Source: Elusimicrobiota bacterium (GTDB lineage Bacteria > Elusimicrobiota > Elusimicrobia > F11). Taken from it: a DNA stretch of 64,000 nucleotides. The translations under genes were made by a program, and so were the position numbers. The first letter of the stretch is position 1. Each line of letters starts with the position of its first letter. The notes under the pieces were generated by a model, which ran no database searches, had not been told where the DNA came from, and saw only the letters and a list, made by a program, of their open reading frames with translations. Where the stretch lies: the NCBI GenBank assembly GCA_044221725.1, contig JBGAON010000001.1:192001-256000 (forward strand), read 5' to 3'. Shown here piece after piece: positions 9,781-20,200 of this stretch.

Positions 9781-10843
9781 TAGCGGCTCGCACGTTCATT
9801 TTTACCTGATAGCCTTTTTTTCGGCGCTGTTTGTTTCGCTGGTAGCGACGCCGTTCAGTATTTGGCTCGCAAAGCGATTTGGAGCGATGGACGCCGTGGA
9901 TCCACGGAAAATTCATCACGAGCCACGACCGCGCTGGGGCGGAATCGGCATTGTGGTGGGTTTTTTTTCGGGACTGGCGATTTTGTGGTTTCGGTATCCG
10001 GGTTTTCAGAAATTGTTGGGATTCAGTCAGGGAATTCTTCGCGATAAAAAAGTTCTTTTCACGCTCAACCTTGGCGAGCAACTGGCGGGAATCCTCTTCG
10101 GTACGCTGCTTCTTTTTGTGGTTGGGCTTTTCGACGACCGCTCCTCCGTTAAGCCCGGCATGAAACTCCTTTTCCAGATTATTGCCGCCTATGTGGCGAT
10201 GACGTACGGCGTTCGAATTTACGGCTTGTCGCTGCCCGGGATGGAAGCCTATTCCTATTTTCCGCTGTGGTTCATGCAAATCATCACGGTGTTTTGGCTC
10301 GTAGGCCTGTGCAACGCCGTGAATCTTATTGATGGGTTGGATGGTTTGGCCGGCGGTGTGGTCGCGATTGTTGCGGGAGCGTTCGTAGCGGTCACGCTCG
10401 TTCAGCAAGGACTGCATTCATCGTTATCAATGCAACAAATGAAACTGGCCGGTGTCATTGCGGCGGCGCTCTTTGGCGGTGTGCTTGGGTTTTTGGTCTA
10501 CAATTTTTATCCAGCGAAAGTTTTTATGGGCGATAGTGGTTCGTTGAGTCTCGGCTTCCTCGTCGGGTGCATTGCCGTGATCGGCGCGTTTAAGACGACG
10601 ATATTGGCGGTGCTCGTTGTGCCGTTTTTGTTGGTAGCCCTGCCAATCACGGATATGGCGTTCGCGTTTGCGCGTCGGCTTGTCGGGCGCCAAAATCCGT
10701 TTGTGGCGGACCGTGGTCATTTTCATCATCGGCTTATCGACGCCGGTTGGACGCAACGGGAAGTCGTATTGCTTGTGTATGTAATTACCCTCGTGCTGGC
10801 ATGCACGAGTATTATTTCAGTAGCGTTAAGAAGAGGAACATGA
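9770..10843 (+). CDS. Undecaprenyl-phosphate HexNAc-1-phosphate transferase (WecA/TagO, MraY-like)
   Basis: Multi-TM; RKIH...[48 protein letters not shown]. Confidence 0.92.
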   Translation: MRADSGSHVHFYLIAFFSALFVSLVATPFSIWLAKRFGAMDAVDPRKIHHEPRPRWGGIGIVVGFFSGLAILWFRYPGFQKLLGFSQGILRDKKVLFTLNLGEQLAGILFGTLLLFVVGLFDDRSSVKPGMKLLFQIIAAYVAMTYGVRIYGLSLPGMEAYSYFPLWFMQIITVFWLVGLCNAVNLIDGLDGLAGGVVAIVAGAFVAVTLVQQGLHSSLSMQQMKLAGVIAAALFGGVLGFLVYNFYPAKVFMGDSGSLSLGFLVGCIAVIGAFKTTILAVLVVPFLLVALPITDMAFAFARRLVGRQNPFVADRGHFHHRLIDAGWTQREVVLLVYVITLVLACTSIISVALRRGT

Positions 10844-12009
10844 AACGTAAAACAATCCTTTGTTTTTTTGGAACACGACCCGAAGCGATTAAGATGGCTC
10901 CGGTCGTGAAACAGCTGATGCGGGAATCTTGTTTTCGGGTGGTGGTGGCGGTGAGCGCGCAACATCGCGGCATGCTCGACCAGGTGTTGGCAGCGTTTAA
11001 AATCAAATCCCACGTGGATCTCGACCTTATGAAACCCGGACAAAGCTTGTCCGATATCACCGTGCGCGTCCTCGACCGATTCGGTCCCGTTCTTGACCGC
11101 ATCAAGCCCGATATGGTGCTCGTGCACGGCGACACCACCACGACGCTCGCGGGAACCCTCGCCTGCTATTACAAGCAAATTCCGGTCGGACACGTTGAAG
11201 CGGGACTGCGCACAAATGATTTATATCGTCCTTTCCCCGAAGAGGCCAATCGGCAACTTACCGATGCTCTGGCCGCGCTTTATTTTTGCCCCACCAACGA
11301 ATCCGCCAAGAATTTGCATCTCGAGCACCGTAACAGAGATCGCATTTTTGTCACTGGCAATACCGTGATCGACGCGTTGTTGGACACGGTTGAAACACGG
11401 AAGGTCGTGAAAGATGAGCGGCTAAACAAACTTCTCGCGCGCATGCGCGCTAGCCGAACTCGCATGGTGCTCATGACAGCGCATCGCCGCGAAAATTTTG
11501 GGAAACCATTTGAAAATGTTTTGAGTGCCGTCAAACAATTGAGCGCGAAATTTCCGGACGTGGAATGGATTTATCCGGTGCATCCGAATCCCAACGTGCA
11601 CGGACCTGCGCATCGCGTGTTGGGGAAATTGTCCAACGTCCATTTGTTTGCGCCGCTCGATTACACCGACCTCGTGCAGGCGATGGACGCGAGCACGATT
11701 GTCGTAACAGATTCGGGTGGGCTTCAAGAAGAGGCTCCATCGTTGGGCAAACCGGTGTTGGTGTTGCGCGATGTGACGGAGCGTCCCGAGGCGGTCCATG
11801 CGGGCACGGTACTTTTGGTTGGTACCGACGAAAAGAAGATTGTCCGGGAAACCACGAAACTTCTCACGGATCGACGTTATTACGGAAAAATAGCAAACGC
11901 CGTGAATCCGTACGGCGATGGTAAAGCGTCGAAGCGCACATCCGATGCAATCCGTTGGTATTTCGGTTTTTCAAAATCGAAACCCGCTCCTTTCCGTCCG
12001 CGGGCATGA
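10840..12009 (+). CDS. wecB: UDP-N-acetylglucosamine 2-epimerase (non-hydrolysing)
   Basis: FGTRPEAIKMAP, VHGDTTT, GHVEAGLRT, HRREN, TDSGGLQEEAP, TERPEAV, NPYGDG; start at ATG 10840 (ATGA overlap, GAGG RBS). Confidence 0.96.
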   Translation: MKRKTILCFFGTRPEAIKMAPVVKQLMRESCFRVVVAVSAQHRGMLDQVLAAFKIKSHVDLDLMKPGQSLSDITVRVLDRFGPVLDRIKPDMVLVHGDTTTTLAGTLACYYKQIPVGHVEAGLRTNDLYRPFPEEANRQLTDALAALYFCPTNESAKNLHLEHRNRDRIFVTGNTVIDALLDTVETRKVVKDERLNKLLARMRASRTRMVLMTAHRRENFGKPFENVLSAVKQLSAKFPDVEWIYPVHPNPNVHGPAHRVLGKLSNVHLFAPLDYTDLVQAMDASTIVVTDSGGLQEEAPSLGKPVLVLRDVTERPEAVHAGTVLLVGTDEKKIVRETTKLLTDRRYYGKIANAVNPYGDGKASKRTSDAIRWYFGFSKSKPAPFRPRA

Positions 12010-12332
12010 CCGAGCCCAGACAATTTAAGCGCGGGCGCCGCACGTACACGAAGATGGGAAGTTTTCGTGAAGTGCGCGTTGAGACGGGGAAAGCAAAGCC
12101 GCTCGCCCCGCTGGAAACGCCAATTCCTTTGGAAGTCGATCCGAAAACGGAAGAAGGTATTTACAGCAACGAAGCGACGGTCTATCGCTCCGCCGATGAA
12201 GTGGTTGTTGATTTTGCGTTTGTGTCGGCAAGCCCGCCTCGCCGTCGGGTACGATCGCGCGTCGTTGTTTCGCACCAACATGCGCGGCAGTTGTCGAATT
12301 TGTTGAAGAAGGCCGTTGAGGAGAAAGAATAG
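12006..12332 (+). CDS. DUF3467-like small protein
   Basis: EGIYSNEATV...EVVVDF...VRSRVVVSHQHARQL; ATGA overlap with wecB. Confidence 0.7.
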   Translation: MTEPRQFKRGRRTYTKMGSFREVRVETGKAKPLAPLETPIPLEVDPKTEEGIYSNEATVYRSADEVVVDFAFVSASPPRRRVRSRVVVSHQHARQLSNLLKKAVEEKE

Positions 12333-12748
12333 TGTCGGGAAAATTGATTGTGACTTATACGGACGGTGCGTCGCGGGGAAATCCGGGCCCGGCGGGTATC
12401 GGAGCGCTTTTGTTGAGCGAGTCCGGCGAGACGTTGGCCGAGGTTTCGCAGTTCGTGGGTGTCACCACCAACAACGAAGCCGAATACCGGGCGCTGCTTC
12501 TGGCGCTCACGCGGGCGCGCGAAATGAAAGCGACTCATGTAAAATGTTTTCTCGATAGCGAGCTGGTTGTTCGCCAACTGAACGGGCAGTACAAAGTGAA
12601 GTCAGAAAAAATGGCGCAATTTTTCTCCGATGTAAAAAATCTGATTGGCAATTTCGAGTCGGTGACGTTCACTCACGTGCCACGCGAACATCCGAACCAG
12701 AGGATTGCCGACAAACTCGCGAACAAAGGAATAGACAATGGCCGATGA
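12332..12748 (+). CDS. Ribonuclease HI family protein
   Basis: YTDGASRGNPGPAGIG, TNNEAEY, DSELVVRQLNGQYKVK, HVPRE...ADKLAN. Confidence 0.92.
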   Translation: MSGKLIVTYTDGASRGNPGPAGIGALLLSESGETLAEVSQFVGVTTNNEAEYRALLLALTRAREMKATHVKCFLDSELVVRQLNGQYKVKSEKMAQFFSDVKNLIGNFESVTFTHVPREHPNQRIADKLANKGIDNGR

Positions 12749-13238
12749 ATCATCTTTTGATGTGGTCTCCAAGGTCGACATGCAGATCGTCGACGATGCC
12801 GTGAACGCAGCGAACAAAGAAATCACCGTCCGGTTCGATTTTCGGGGTAGCATTTCGAAATTTGAGTTGGACAAAAAAGCCGGACAAATCACGATCGTTT
12901 CGGATGACGAAGGAAAATTGAAAAGCACCGTCGAAATATTGCGTTCTCGAATTGCAAAGCGGGGGATTGAACAGAAAGCGTTGGATTTTCAAAAAGTGGA
13001 AACGGCTGCGCTGGGTGGGACCGTGCGCCAACTCGTAAAGATAGCTCAAGGCATTCCTTCCGAAAAAGCGAAACAAATGGTCGCCGACATCAAATCCGCG
13101 AAGTTAAAAGTCACGCCTTCCATTCAATCCGATCAGGTTCGCGTCACTTCGAAATCTCGTGATTCGTTGCAGGAGGCGATCGCGCTTTTGAAATCAAAGG
13201 ATTACGGCATTCCGCTTCAATTCACGAATTATCGATGA
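12738..13238 (+). CDS. yajQ: YajQ family nucleotide/c-di-GMP-binding protein
   Basis: SFDVVSKVD, EITVRFDFRGS, QGI...KAK, VRVTSKSRDSLQ, LQFTNYR. Confidence 0.93.
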   Translation: MADESSFDVVSKVDMQIVDDAVNAANKEITVRFDFRGSISKFELDKKAGQITIVSDDEGKLKSTVEILRSRIAKRGIEQKALDFQKVETAALGGTVRQLVKIAQGIPSEKAKQMVADIKSAKLKVTPSIQSDQVRVTSKSRDSLQEAIALLKSKDYGIPLQFTNYR

Positions 13239-14227
13239 CGAAGTTCGGCGTTTCTTATTTCGGCAATCGGTTTCTTTCGCACGCGCGCGAAGATTTCAAA
13301 CGCATCTCGGCGAGTTGCGACTATATTGTTCACACCGTCAATGAGACGGATTTGGTTTATCACAAAGCGGTCCTTGCTCGACTGTTTCACGAGTCGCGCA
13401 AGGTTGGCCTCGAAGTGTGGGTGGATCCCTGGGGGTTGGGCGGCGTTTTTGGAGGCGAAGCTTCGTCTCAATTTCTGTTGGAGCACCGAAAATCCTGGCA
13501 AGTGATGTCGGACGGTCGGCACGTGGCAGCCGCTTGCTTGAATCGCCCTGAATGGCGGTCCTATATGAAGGAATGGATATTGAGCGTGCGCGACATGGGC
13601 GGTCAGGTCATTTTTTGGGACGAACCGCACGTGGCTTTCGATTTCGAGTCAGAGTGGGAAGGAATTTATTCGTGCTTTTGTGAGGAATGCCAACAATTGT
13701 TTAAGCGCAAATACGGTACATTGCCGTTGAACAAATTGAACGATCAGATTCGCGAGTTCCGGCGCGACACGATGCGTTCTTTTTTGCAAGAAGGGATGGC
13801 GTTCGCGCGCAGCAAGGGAATGAAAAACGCGATATGTTTGTATGCGTACCGGGGGCATGCCGAGTACGATTTGGTTTGGAAAGGGGCGGCCGAGCTGCCC
13901 GATCTCGATATTTTTGGATGCGACCCGTATTGGCACTGGCGTTTCAAACGGGACGTGACGCCGCACGTAACAGAATTTTCCGAGTATGTCGTCGAAACGG
14001 CGAAAGCAAACAAAAAGTCTTCGCAAGTGTGGATTCAGGCCATGCGTTTGCCGACGGGAACCGAACATCAAATTGGCGATGCGGTGGAAGCCGCCGTGAA
14101 AGCCGGGATTACGCACGTGGCCGCATGGAGTTTTGATGGCGGCGAATTGCTCGATACCGTATTGTCGGAACGCCCCGATGTTGTTTGGAGCGAAGTGGAA
14201 AAAGCATTTCAAAAGTTTCGCCGCTAA
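13235..14227 (+). CDS. Hypothetical protein, glycoside-hydrolase-like TIM barrel
   Basis: GVSYFG, WVDPWGLGGVFGGE, IFWDEPH, CFCEEC metal-site-like motif, FGCDPYW, WIQA; family not certain. Confidence 0.6.
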   Translation: MTKFGVSYFGNRFLSHAREDFKRISASCDYIVHTVNETDLVYHKAVLARLFHESRKVGLEVWVDPWGLGGVFGGEASSQFLLEHRKSWQVMSDGRHVAAACLNRPEWRSYMKEWILSVRDMGGQVIFWDEPHVAFDFESEWEGIYSCFCEECQQLFKRKYGTLPLNKLNDQIREFRRDTMRSFLQEGMAFARSKGMKNAICLYAYRGHAEYDLVWKGAAELPDLDIFGCDPYWHWRFKRDVTPHVTEFSEYVVETAKANKKSSQVWIQAMRLPTGTEHQIGDAVEAAVKAGITHVAAWSFDGGELLDTVLSERPDVVWSEVEKAFQKFRR

Positions 14228-14233
14228 AAAGTT

Positions 14234-15109
14234 GTGTTGAAGGATTTCGTTCACATCATAAATCCGAACAGCAAAAAGAAAGCGGCGGTCGCGCAATTTT
14301 TTAAAGAGAATCCCGCCTTCAATACGGTTTGGGTGGAACGCACGAGCCATCCTGCTCACTTGGAGACCGTTGTGCAATGGGCCGTTAACGAGGGCTACTC
14401 GAGGATCGCGGTTTGGGGTGGGGATGGAACACTGAGTCGCGCGGTAAATGAAATTTATCGACGGAGCGCATTCGACAAAATGATCGTCGCGCTTGTGCCC
14501 GTTGGAACCTGCAATGATTTTGCGAAAAGAATGGAAATTCCAGTCTGGGAAACATGTGTTGCGCATGCGTTGGCGTCAAAAGGACGAGAAGAATTAATTG
14601 ACGTTGGTTTGGTTTCGACGTCGGTCGGAGAGAGAACGTTTATCAACAACGCAGGATTTGGTCGAACGCGCGACCGCTTTCGCGCACGATCAAACCCGGT
14701 CAAGGACATTCTCGCCTTTTCGCCAAAGAAAATTGATGTCGAGTGGCAATCCGATGCCATTAAACATTCCGAGACGCGAACCGCTTTGCTGGGTGTGGTG
14801 TGCAACGCGCCTTACTTCAATGGTGCGATGTATTTTGATAAGTCGATTTCGCCCACCGATGGAAGTCTCAGCGGATTCTTTGAGATGCCGCAGTCCACTC
14901 CAGCACTGTTATGGAAGCTCCTTCGGGCGAGAATGGGCCGTTCTCTTTTCGATGAGCGGACATTTCGAATTGACGCGCAAAAGATTCTTGTTTCATCGGA
15001 CAACGATTTGTTTCCGCAAGTGGACGGTGAGCCGGCGGTGGACTTGCCGGTCCGTTCAATCTCTTTTTCGATTCTAGATTCAAAATTGCGGTTTTTTACT
15101 TGGAGCTGA
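14234..15109 (+). CDS. Diacylglycerol/lipid kinase family protein
   Basis: IINPNS, WGGDGTL, PVGTCNDFA, FINNAGFG, QVDGEP. Confidence 0.88.
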   Translation: MLKDFVHIINPNSKKKAAVAQFFKENPAFNTVWVERTSHPAHLETVVQWAVNEGYSRIAVWGGDGTLSRAVNEIYRRSAFDKMIVALVPVGTCNDFAKRMEIPVWETCVAHALASKGREELIDVGLVSTSVGERTFINNAGFGRTRDRFRARSNPVKDILAFSPKKIDVEWQSDAIKHSETRTALLGVVCNAPYFNGAMYFDKSISPTDGSLSGFFEMPQSTPALLWKLLRARMGRSLFDERTFRIDAQKILVSSDNDLFPQVDGEPAVDLPVRSISFSILDSKLRFFTWS

Positions 15110-15111
15110 AA

Positions 15112-15981
15112 ATGGCAACGGCACAGATTCTTGACGGAAAAAAAATTTCGGCCGAAGTTTTCGCTGAGATTCGGGAGCGATGCAAGAAGTTGGCGATGAA
15201 AGGAATGAAGCCGGGGCTTGCAACGGTTCTCGTGGGCGACGATCCTGCCTCGCATGTGTACGTAGGTCAGAAAATAAAGAAGTGTCAGGAGAATGGATTG
15301 GAATCAATTCATTGTCCACTTCCAGGCAACATCTCTCAGAGCGATTTGGAGAAAAAAGTAGGAGAGCTGAACGCGGATTCGAAGGTTCATGGAATCATTG
15401 TTCAGCTTCCATTGCCGAAACACCTTGATCCCGAGCCAATAATCCAACTGATATCACCGCAAAAGGATGCGGACGGTTTGCATCCCCTTAATCAGGGCCT
15501 GTTGGGCCGCCTCAAAAGCTGGGAGGAAATTAAGAATTCAGGTATCCCGTTGTCATGCACGCCTTATGGCGTGATCCACATGATCCTCCGGGAACGCATT
15601 CCGGTTTCGGGGAAGAATGTGGTCATCATTGGTCGCTCGACGCTGGTAGGAAAACCTGTGGCTCAGTTATTTTTAAGCCTGGACGCGACTGTCACTATTG
15701 CACATTCCCGTACCGCCGACCTTCCGAAAGTCTGCCAGAACGCGGACATTTTGGTTGCTGCTCTCGGAAAGCCGGAATTTGTAAAGGGGGACTGGGTGAA
15801 ACCGGGAGCGACCGTGATTGACGTGGGAATTTCTCGTACTTCCATCGGTCTGAAAGGTGACGTGGACTTCGCAGCCGCGGCGCAGGCTGCCTCTTGGATT
15901 ACGCCGGTTCCGGGCGGGGTTGGTGCCATGACGGTCGCAATGTTGCTGTTAAACACAGTTTTGTTATCTGAAAATCATTAG
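15112..15981 (+). CDS. folD: Bifunctional methylenetetrahydrofolate dehydrogenase/cyclohydrolase
   Basis: ILDGK, LVGDDPASHVYV, HGIIVQLPLP, KDADGLHP, GRSTLVGKP, ITPVPGGVGAMT. Confidence 0.97.
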   Translation: MATAQILDGKKISAEVFAEIRERCKKLAMKGMKPGLATVLVGDDPASHVYVGQKIKKCQENGLESIHCPLPGNISQSDLEKKVGELNADSKVHGIIVQLPLPKHLDPEPIIQLISPQKDADGLHPLNQGLLGRLKSWEEIKNSGIPLSCTPYGVIHMILRERIPVSGKNVVIIGRSTLVGKPVAQLFLSLDATVTIAHSRTADLPKVCQNADILVAALGKPEFVKGDWVKPGATVIDVGISRTSIGLKGDVDFAAAAQAASWITPVPGGVGAMTVAMLLLNTVLLSENH

Positions 15982-15989
15982 AATTTCAT

Positions 15990-16017
15990 TTGACTTTCGG
16001 GCTATGGCGGTTACATT
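15990..16017 (+). promoter_or_regulatory. Candidate sigma70 promoter heading the giant-gene unit
   Basis: TTGACT(15990-95)-16 nt-TACATT(16012-17), 20 nt upstream of ATG 16038. Confidence 0.3.
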
Positions 16018-16037
16018 TGATGTGATTCCAAACCGCT

Positions 16038-16550
16038 ATGAGAAAAGTCGCGACAGCCATCGCATTTTTTTGTCTGCTCACATTAACTCGAGGCCATGGA
16101 TTTTCGGCCTCGATAGCCGCATCAAATCTCCCGCTTAAAATCTCGATATCTCTTCCACAAGAAGTTCTTGTAACCGATGATCTCGATGCGCGCGATGAAT
16201 TCAATCGCCCTATCCGCAGCGTTTCTGCTCGCAGGGAATTTTCCTCCTTCTGGACAAAAAGTCTAAACGCGAAAATTCTGGATTCGCTAACGCCGCTAAA
16301 GTTGCGATTCATTTCACTGCTGGCAGCCTCATGGGATGTGTTCGCTGGCCGATTGCAGAATGCAAAGCAAAAAGCGGAGCAAGTTTTGGAAATCGCTCTA
16401 ATCGGTGCCTCGAAAATTGTTCATAAAACGTTTTTTCCGTCGAAATCGATCAAAGCCGCCGACATCAATGTGAAATCTGTTCGCACAGAGAATAGTCCGC
16501 TTCGCCTTTATATTTCCCTCGTCATTTCGTCGACCCGCCTTCTTCGCTAA
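16038..16550 (+). CDS. Hypothetical protein with N-terminal signal peptide
   Basis: 170-aa ORF filling the gap after folD; MRKVATAIAFFCLLTLTRGHGFSA signal-like; no recognisable domain. Confidence 0.55.
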   Translation: MRKVATAIAFFCLLTLTRGHGFSASIAASNLPLKISISLPQEVLVTDDLDARDEFNRPIRSVSARREFSSFWTKSLNAKILDSLTPLKLRFISLLAASWDVFAGRLQNAKQKAEQVLEIALIGASKIVHKTFFPSKSIKAADINVKSVRTENSPLRLYISLVISSTRLLR

Positions 16551-16642
16551 TCCTCACTCCACCCGCCCTCTCTTTTTTTGTTTTTGGGGGTTCTGTCGTT
16601 TGCTCTGTTCATTTGGACGTTTGATTAACGCTTGCTCGGTCG

Positions 16643-17239
16643 TTGATGGAAACTGGTTGGATACGCTGGATTAGGGGATTCGTGGAAAATTTGGTTGCGC
16701 CATATAAAAAGTTTTCTTTTATCGCGCGCGCGCGCAGGCGGGCGGTGATTTTAATTTTGGTCTCAGTTTGTTCAACCGCTTTAACGCACGCCGAAAATAA
16801 ATCGATCTCTCCTGAGGAACAGTGGCGGAACAATCGGGAAGCGGCTCGAAAGCACACACGCGATGTCGACGTCCAACTTATCCGCGATCTCGAATCAAAC
16901 TCAGCTGAGATGGTCCGACAAGGCGCGGCCCAACAGCTCGGGAATTACGTTCAGAATCCTGCCGTGGTTCGTGCATTGGCAACAGCGCTCGAAACCGATT
17001 CCGCGAAATCCGTTCGGTGTGCTTGCGCGCTTTCCTTGGCGATTGCGCCTACGTTCCGGTCGATCACGGCATACGAACGTGTTTTGAGCGATCCGGATCC
17101 GGATTTGCGCCGACAAGTGGCGTTTGGATTGCAACGTCACCTTGCGGGGCCCAACAAATTCAAAGCCGCGGCGCTTTTGAAGAAGCTTGAGAACGATCAG
17201 GATGAATCCGTTCGGAGAATGGCGGGAGTGGCGAAGTGA
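16643..17239 (+). CDS. HEAT-repeat protein, probably exported (true start may be downstream, e.g. GTG 16745)
   Basis: Repeats VRQGAAQQLG, VRCACALSLA, LSDPDPDLRRQVAFGL, LENDQDESVRRMA; hydrophobic stretch VILILVSVCSTALTHA; stop overlaps giant gene start (GTGA). Confidence 0.8.
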   Translation: MMETGWIRWIRGFVENLVAPYKKFSFIARARRRAVILILVSVCSTALTHAENKSISPEEQWRNNREAARKHTRDVDVQLIRDLESNSAEMVRQGAAQQLGNYVQNPAVVRALATALETDSAKSVRCACALSLAIAPTFRSITAYERVLSDPDPDLRRQVAFGLQRHLAGPNKFKAAALLKKLENDQDESVRRMAGVAK

Positions 17240-20200
17240 AGCGAAATCACTTCAGTCCAAAAAAACTTGGAGCATTCGCGATTTTTCTTTCGCTATTTGC
17301 GGGAATCTCGAAATCGTTGTTCGCCATAACCGAAGGCCACGTTGTATACGGCGGTGCGGATCAACGAACCGTGGTGTCATCGTTTACGTCCACGGGCTGG
17401 GGAACTGCTCAGTTCTCGTTGCCGGCGAAAGACGATGGAGCGGGCGGTACCGTCGATTGGGATAAAGGGCCTGTGACTTACGCGATAATCAAATCGGCGC
17501 CATCCTGGTCGTCAAACGCTGGGCAAAAAGTTCTTGTTACGTTGGATACGCAATGTCGAATCATCGCCCAGGTTTACGATCCCAACAATCAAACATGGGG
17601 AGAACCAGAATGGATTAACAGCGACCTCATTGAAACCGACAAAGCCACATTTAACTACGGCACCTATCGCTTTTTTGACGTAGCTTATTCGTCGGAAACC
17701 CCCGTTATTTTTTATGCCAACCGGACGAATGCTCTTGCGACAAACAACCTAGGCTATAAAACATGGACCGGTTCCGATTGGGACAACACTATCAACGCGC
17801 CAGGAAATGGTGATCCGGGGCAGGTTGTTTGGGTAAAAGCGGTGACCAATCCCGTGGTAAGCAAATCGACCGAAGTTGCGGTTGTAACCATGGATAATGC
17901 TTACGATGTACAAGCAATTATTTATAACGGTTTTGGTTTTGTGCAAACAAGTACGCGTATGTTCACCGCGGATACGATCAACAGCGCGAATTACACATCA
18001 TGGGATATTGCCTATGAACAAAACAGTGGCCAACTTCGTGTATGGTACGCGGTAAATGGTAACACGATTCTCCAGGGAGCATCGTATGATGCGCCGAACT
18101 GGAATACGAATAGCGGCGACGGTTCCGATGCACTTGCCGCTATTCGGGAAGTAAAAGCTTATCCTCGTCCCAATTCGAATGATATTGCGGTTCTCTTAAA
18201 GACCAATGGTAACAATCTTAGCGGCGCGCTTTGGAATGACAACACGTTCAATGCGAGTTGGACCAATTCGCTGAACGGCGGTACCACCCTTTCAACTCTT
18301 CAATTTCCAAATGGTGGTTTTGATGGCGCTTGGACCACCGGCTTAAGTTCATTTACGGCGGTATACCTCCGGACGGCTTCCGTAAATGCTTTCCGTGCCC
18401 GTACCATTAGTAGCGCCACATGGACGGCAGAAATGGCAACAGCTCTCCCGAATTTGGATGCTACGCTAACTTCCTACGACACCGTGGTTGCTGTTGCTAC
18501 CGCAGCAGCAGGGTGCAACACCATCCAGGCCATGTTAACGGGTCGAGATTCTTTTTCGCAAGCAACGGCAGGTTACCGCGGAACGTCACGCATGATAGGA
18601 ATTAGCGTGGATGTCGCCGCACAGTCTTATGGGTCTGTCACTGATTTCGATAGAAACATTACTTTCGATGGATATCAGCCTTATGCCTTTTTGAACAATG
18701 AACTGTATTACCATCGGTATACAGCCCGTCCCAACTTGCGCCAGTTGGACACGGGAGGTGCTTGGACTCCCGAAACAAATTTGACGTCATCCACGAGTAC
18801 AATCAGATTTACACAAATCGCGTCGTCTCCAAAGCGCGATGAAAAAATTGTTGCAACATTGGATTCAAACGGCATTTTAAATGCCTTCGTGTTGCGCAGC
18901 GGAATTCTTTTTAGCTCAAAGACAATAGCCACAAACCTGTTGAACGCCGGTCCGAATGATTTTATCTGGACACCTTCTTTTGATGTGGCCTATGAAAATA
19001 CCAGCGGCAAGGCGATGATTGCCTATCCAAATCCCGGGAACGTTCGTTTTGATTATCGTCTGTGGGATCCGACGAATGCAACGTGGGGAGCCGCCGGAAC
19101 GGCTCCGTTCACGACGCAGTCCGGGCGTCCCTGGTGGATCAAACTTCGAACGAATCCGAAAACCAATTCCAATGAAATCCTTGCTGTGACGTTGGATTCA
19201 GCAGCCGATATATATGGATATGTATGGGACGCCGCGAATGCCACATTTAATACCTATTCGGCTCAAAATATTTCCGCGAACGCTGAGCATGCCACGGGCA
19301 CCAACGTGCCTCGTTACGAAACCTACGACGTCGCTTACGAACAGGGAACGGGGCGCGGAATGGTCGTATGGGATGAAGATGCGAACGATACTTTTCGATA
19401 TTGCTTCTGGGTTTCCACGGCTGCCACTCCAACATGGGATTGTCCGGGAACTCCGCCAACAGCGGGGTACAGTGGTCGCGATACCACCCAAAACGGGGCT
19501 GCCCTCCCGCGGGCATTCAAGTTAAAAGCAGATCCGAATAGCAATCAGCTCGCCTTGGCAGTGGCAGTAAGTACCGCCAATATGTATGTGAATATTTGGT
19601 CGGGTTCCGCATGGGGAACGGCCGCGGGGAGCGGTGAATCTCAAGGGCTGATTGCCGGAATCGAAGATGTGAACTCTTATAAGGGAAGTTTCGATTTGGC
19701 CTGGGAAGGAATTGGTGGATCGGAAGTTGTGTTGGCCGTGGCCCGGGCCGGTACGGCAAACTTGCAGTTTGCCTACACCAGTACCGGGACTTGGACTGTT
19801 CCGGCGGGCCTTATCGGTACGTTTGGTGACGCGGAGTATGTGCGAGCCTATGGAGATCCGTATTCAGATCGCATAGCGTTTATTGCTGACAACGAAAAAG
19901 GGCGGTTACAGAGCGTAATTTGGCAAGGGAGCGCCTTGGCTTCTGGAAATTCCAACCCGTTTGGCTCCAGCACCCCATGGGGCCGCCAAATCGATTTGCA
20001 AACACAATTCGGACCATGGGCGTTTTCTTGGACCCGAGACTACACAGCTCCCACCACAGTTGTACAGTTGCCTCAGCCGGGGACGTATTACTTCAGTTTG
20101 CCAACCATTACCGGCACGCTTTCTGATCCAACCCCGAATAACAGCGGAGCTTCGGCGGAGAGTGTTCGGCTTCAACGACAGAGTGATTTTAAATATTGGA

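Noticed and set aside
8926..14566. Long antisense ORFs (8926-9771, 9620-10417, 13649-14566)
   Set aside because: Overlap well-supported + strand genes and have no recognisable motifs
16551..16600. Intrinsic terminator after the 170-aa ORF
   Set aside because: A U-tract is present but no convincing GC stem precedes it
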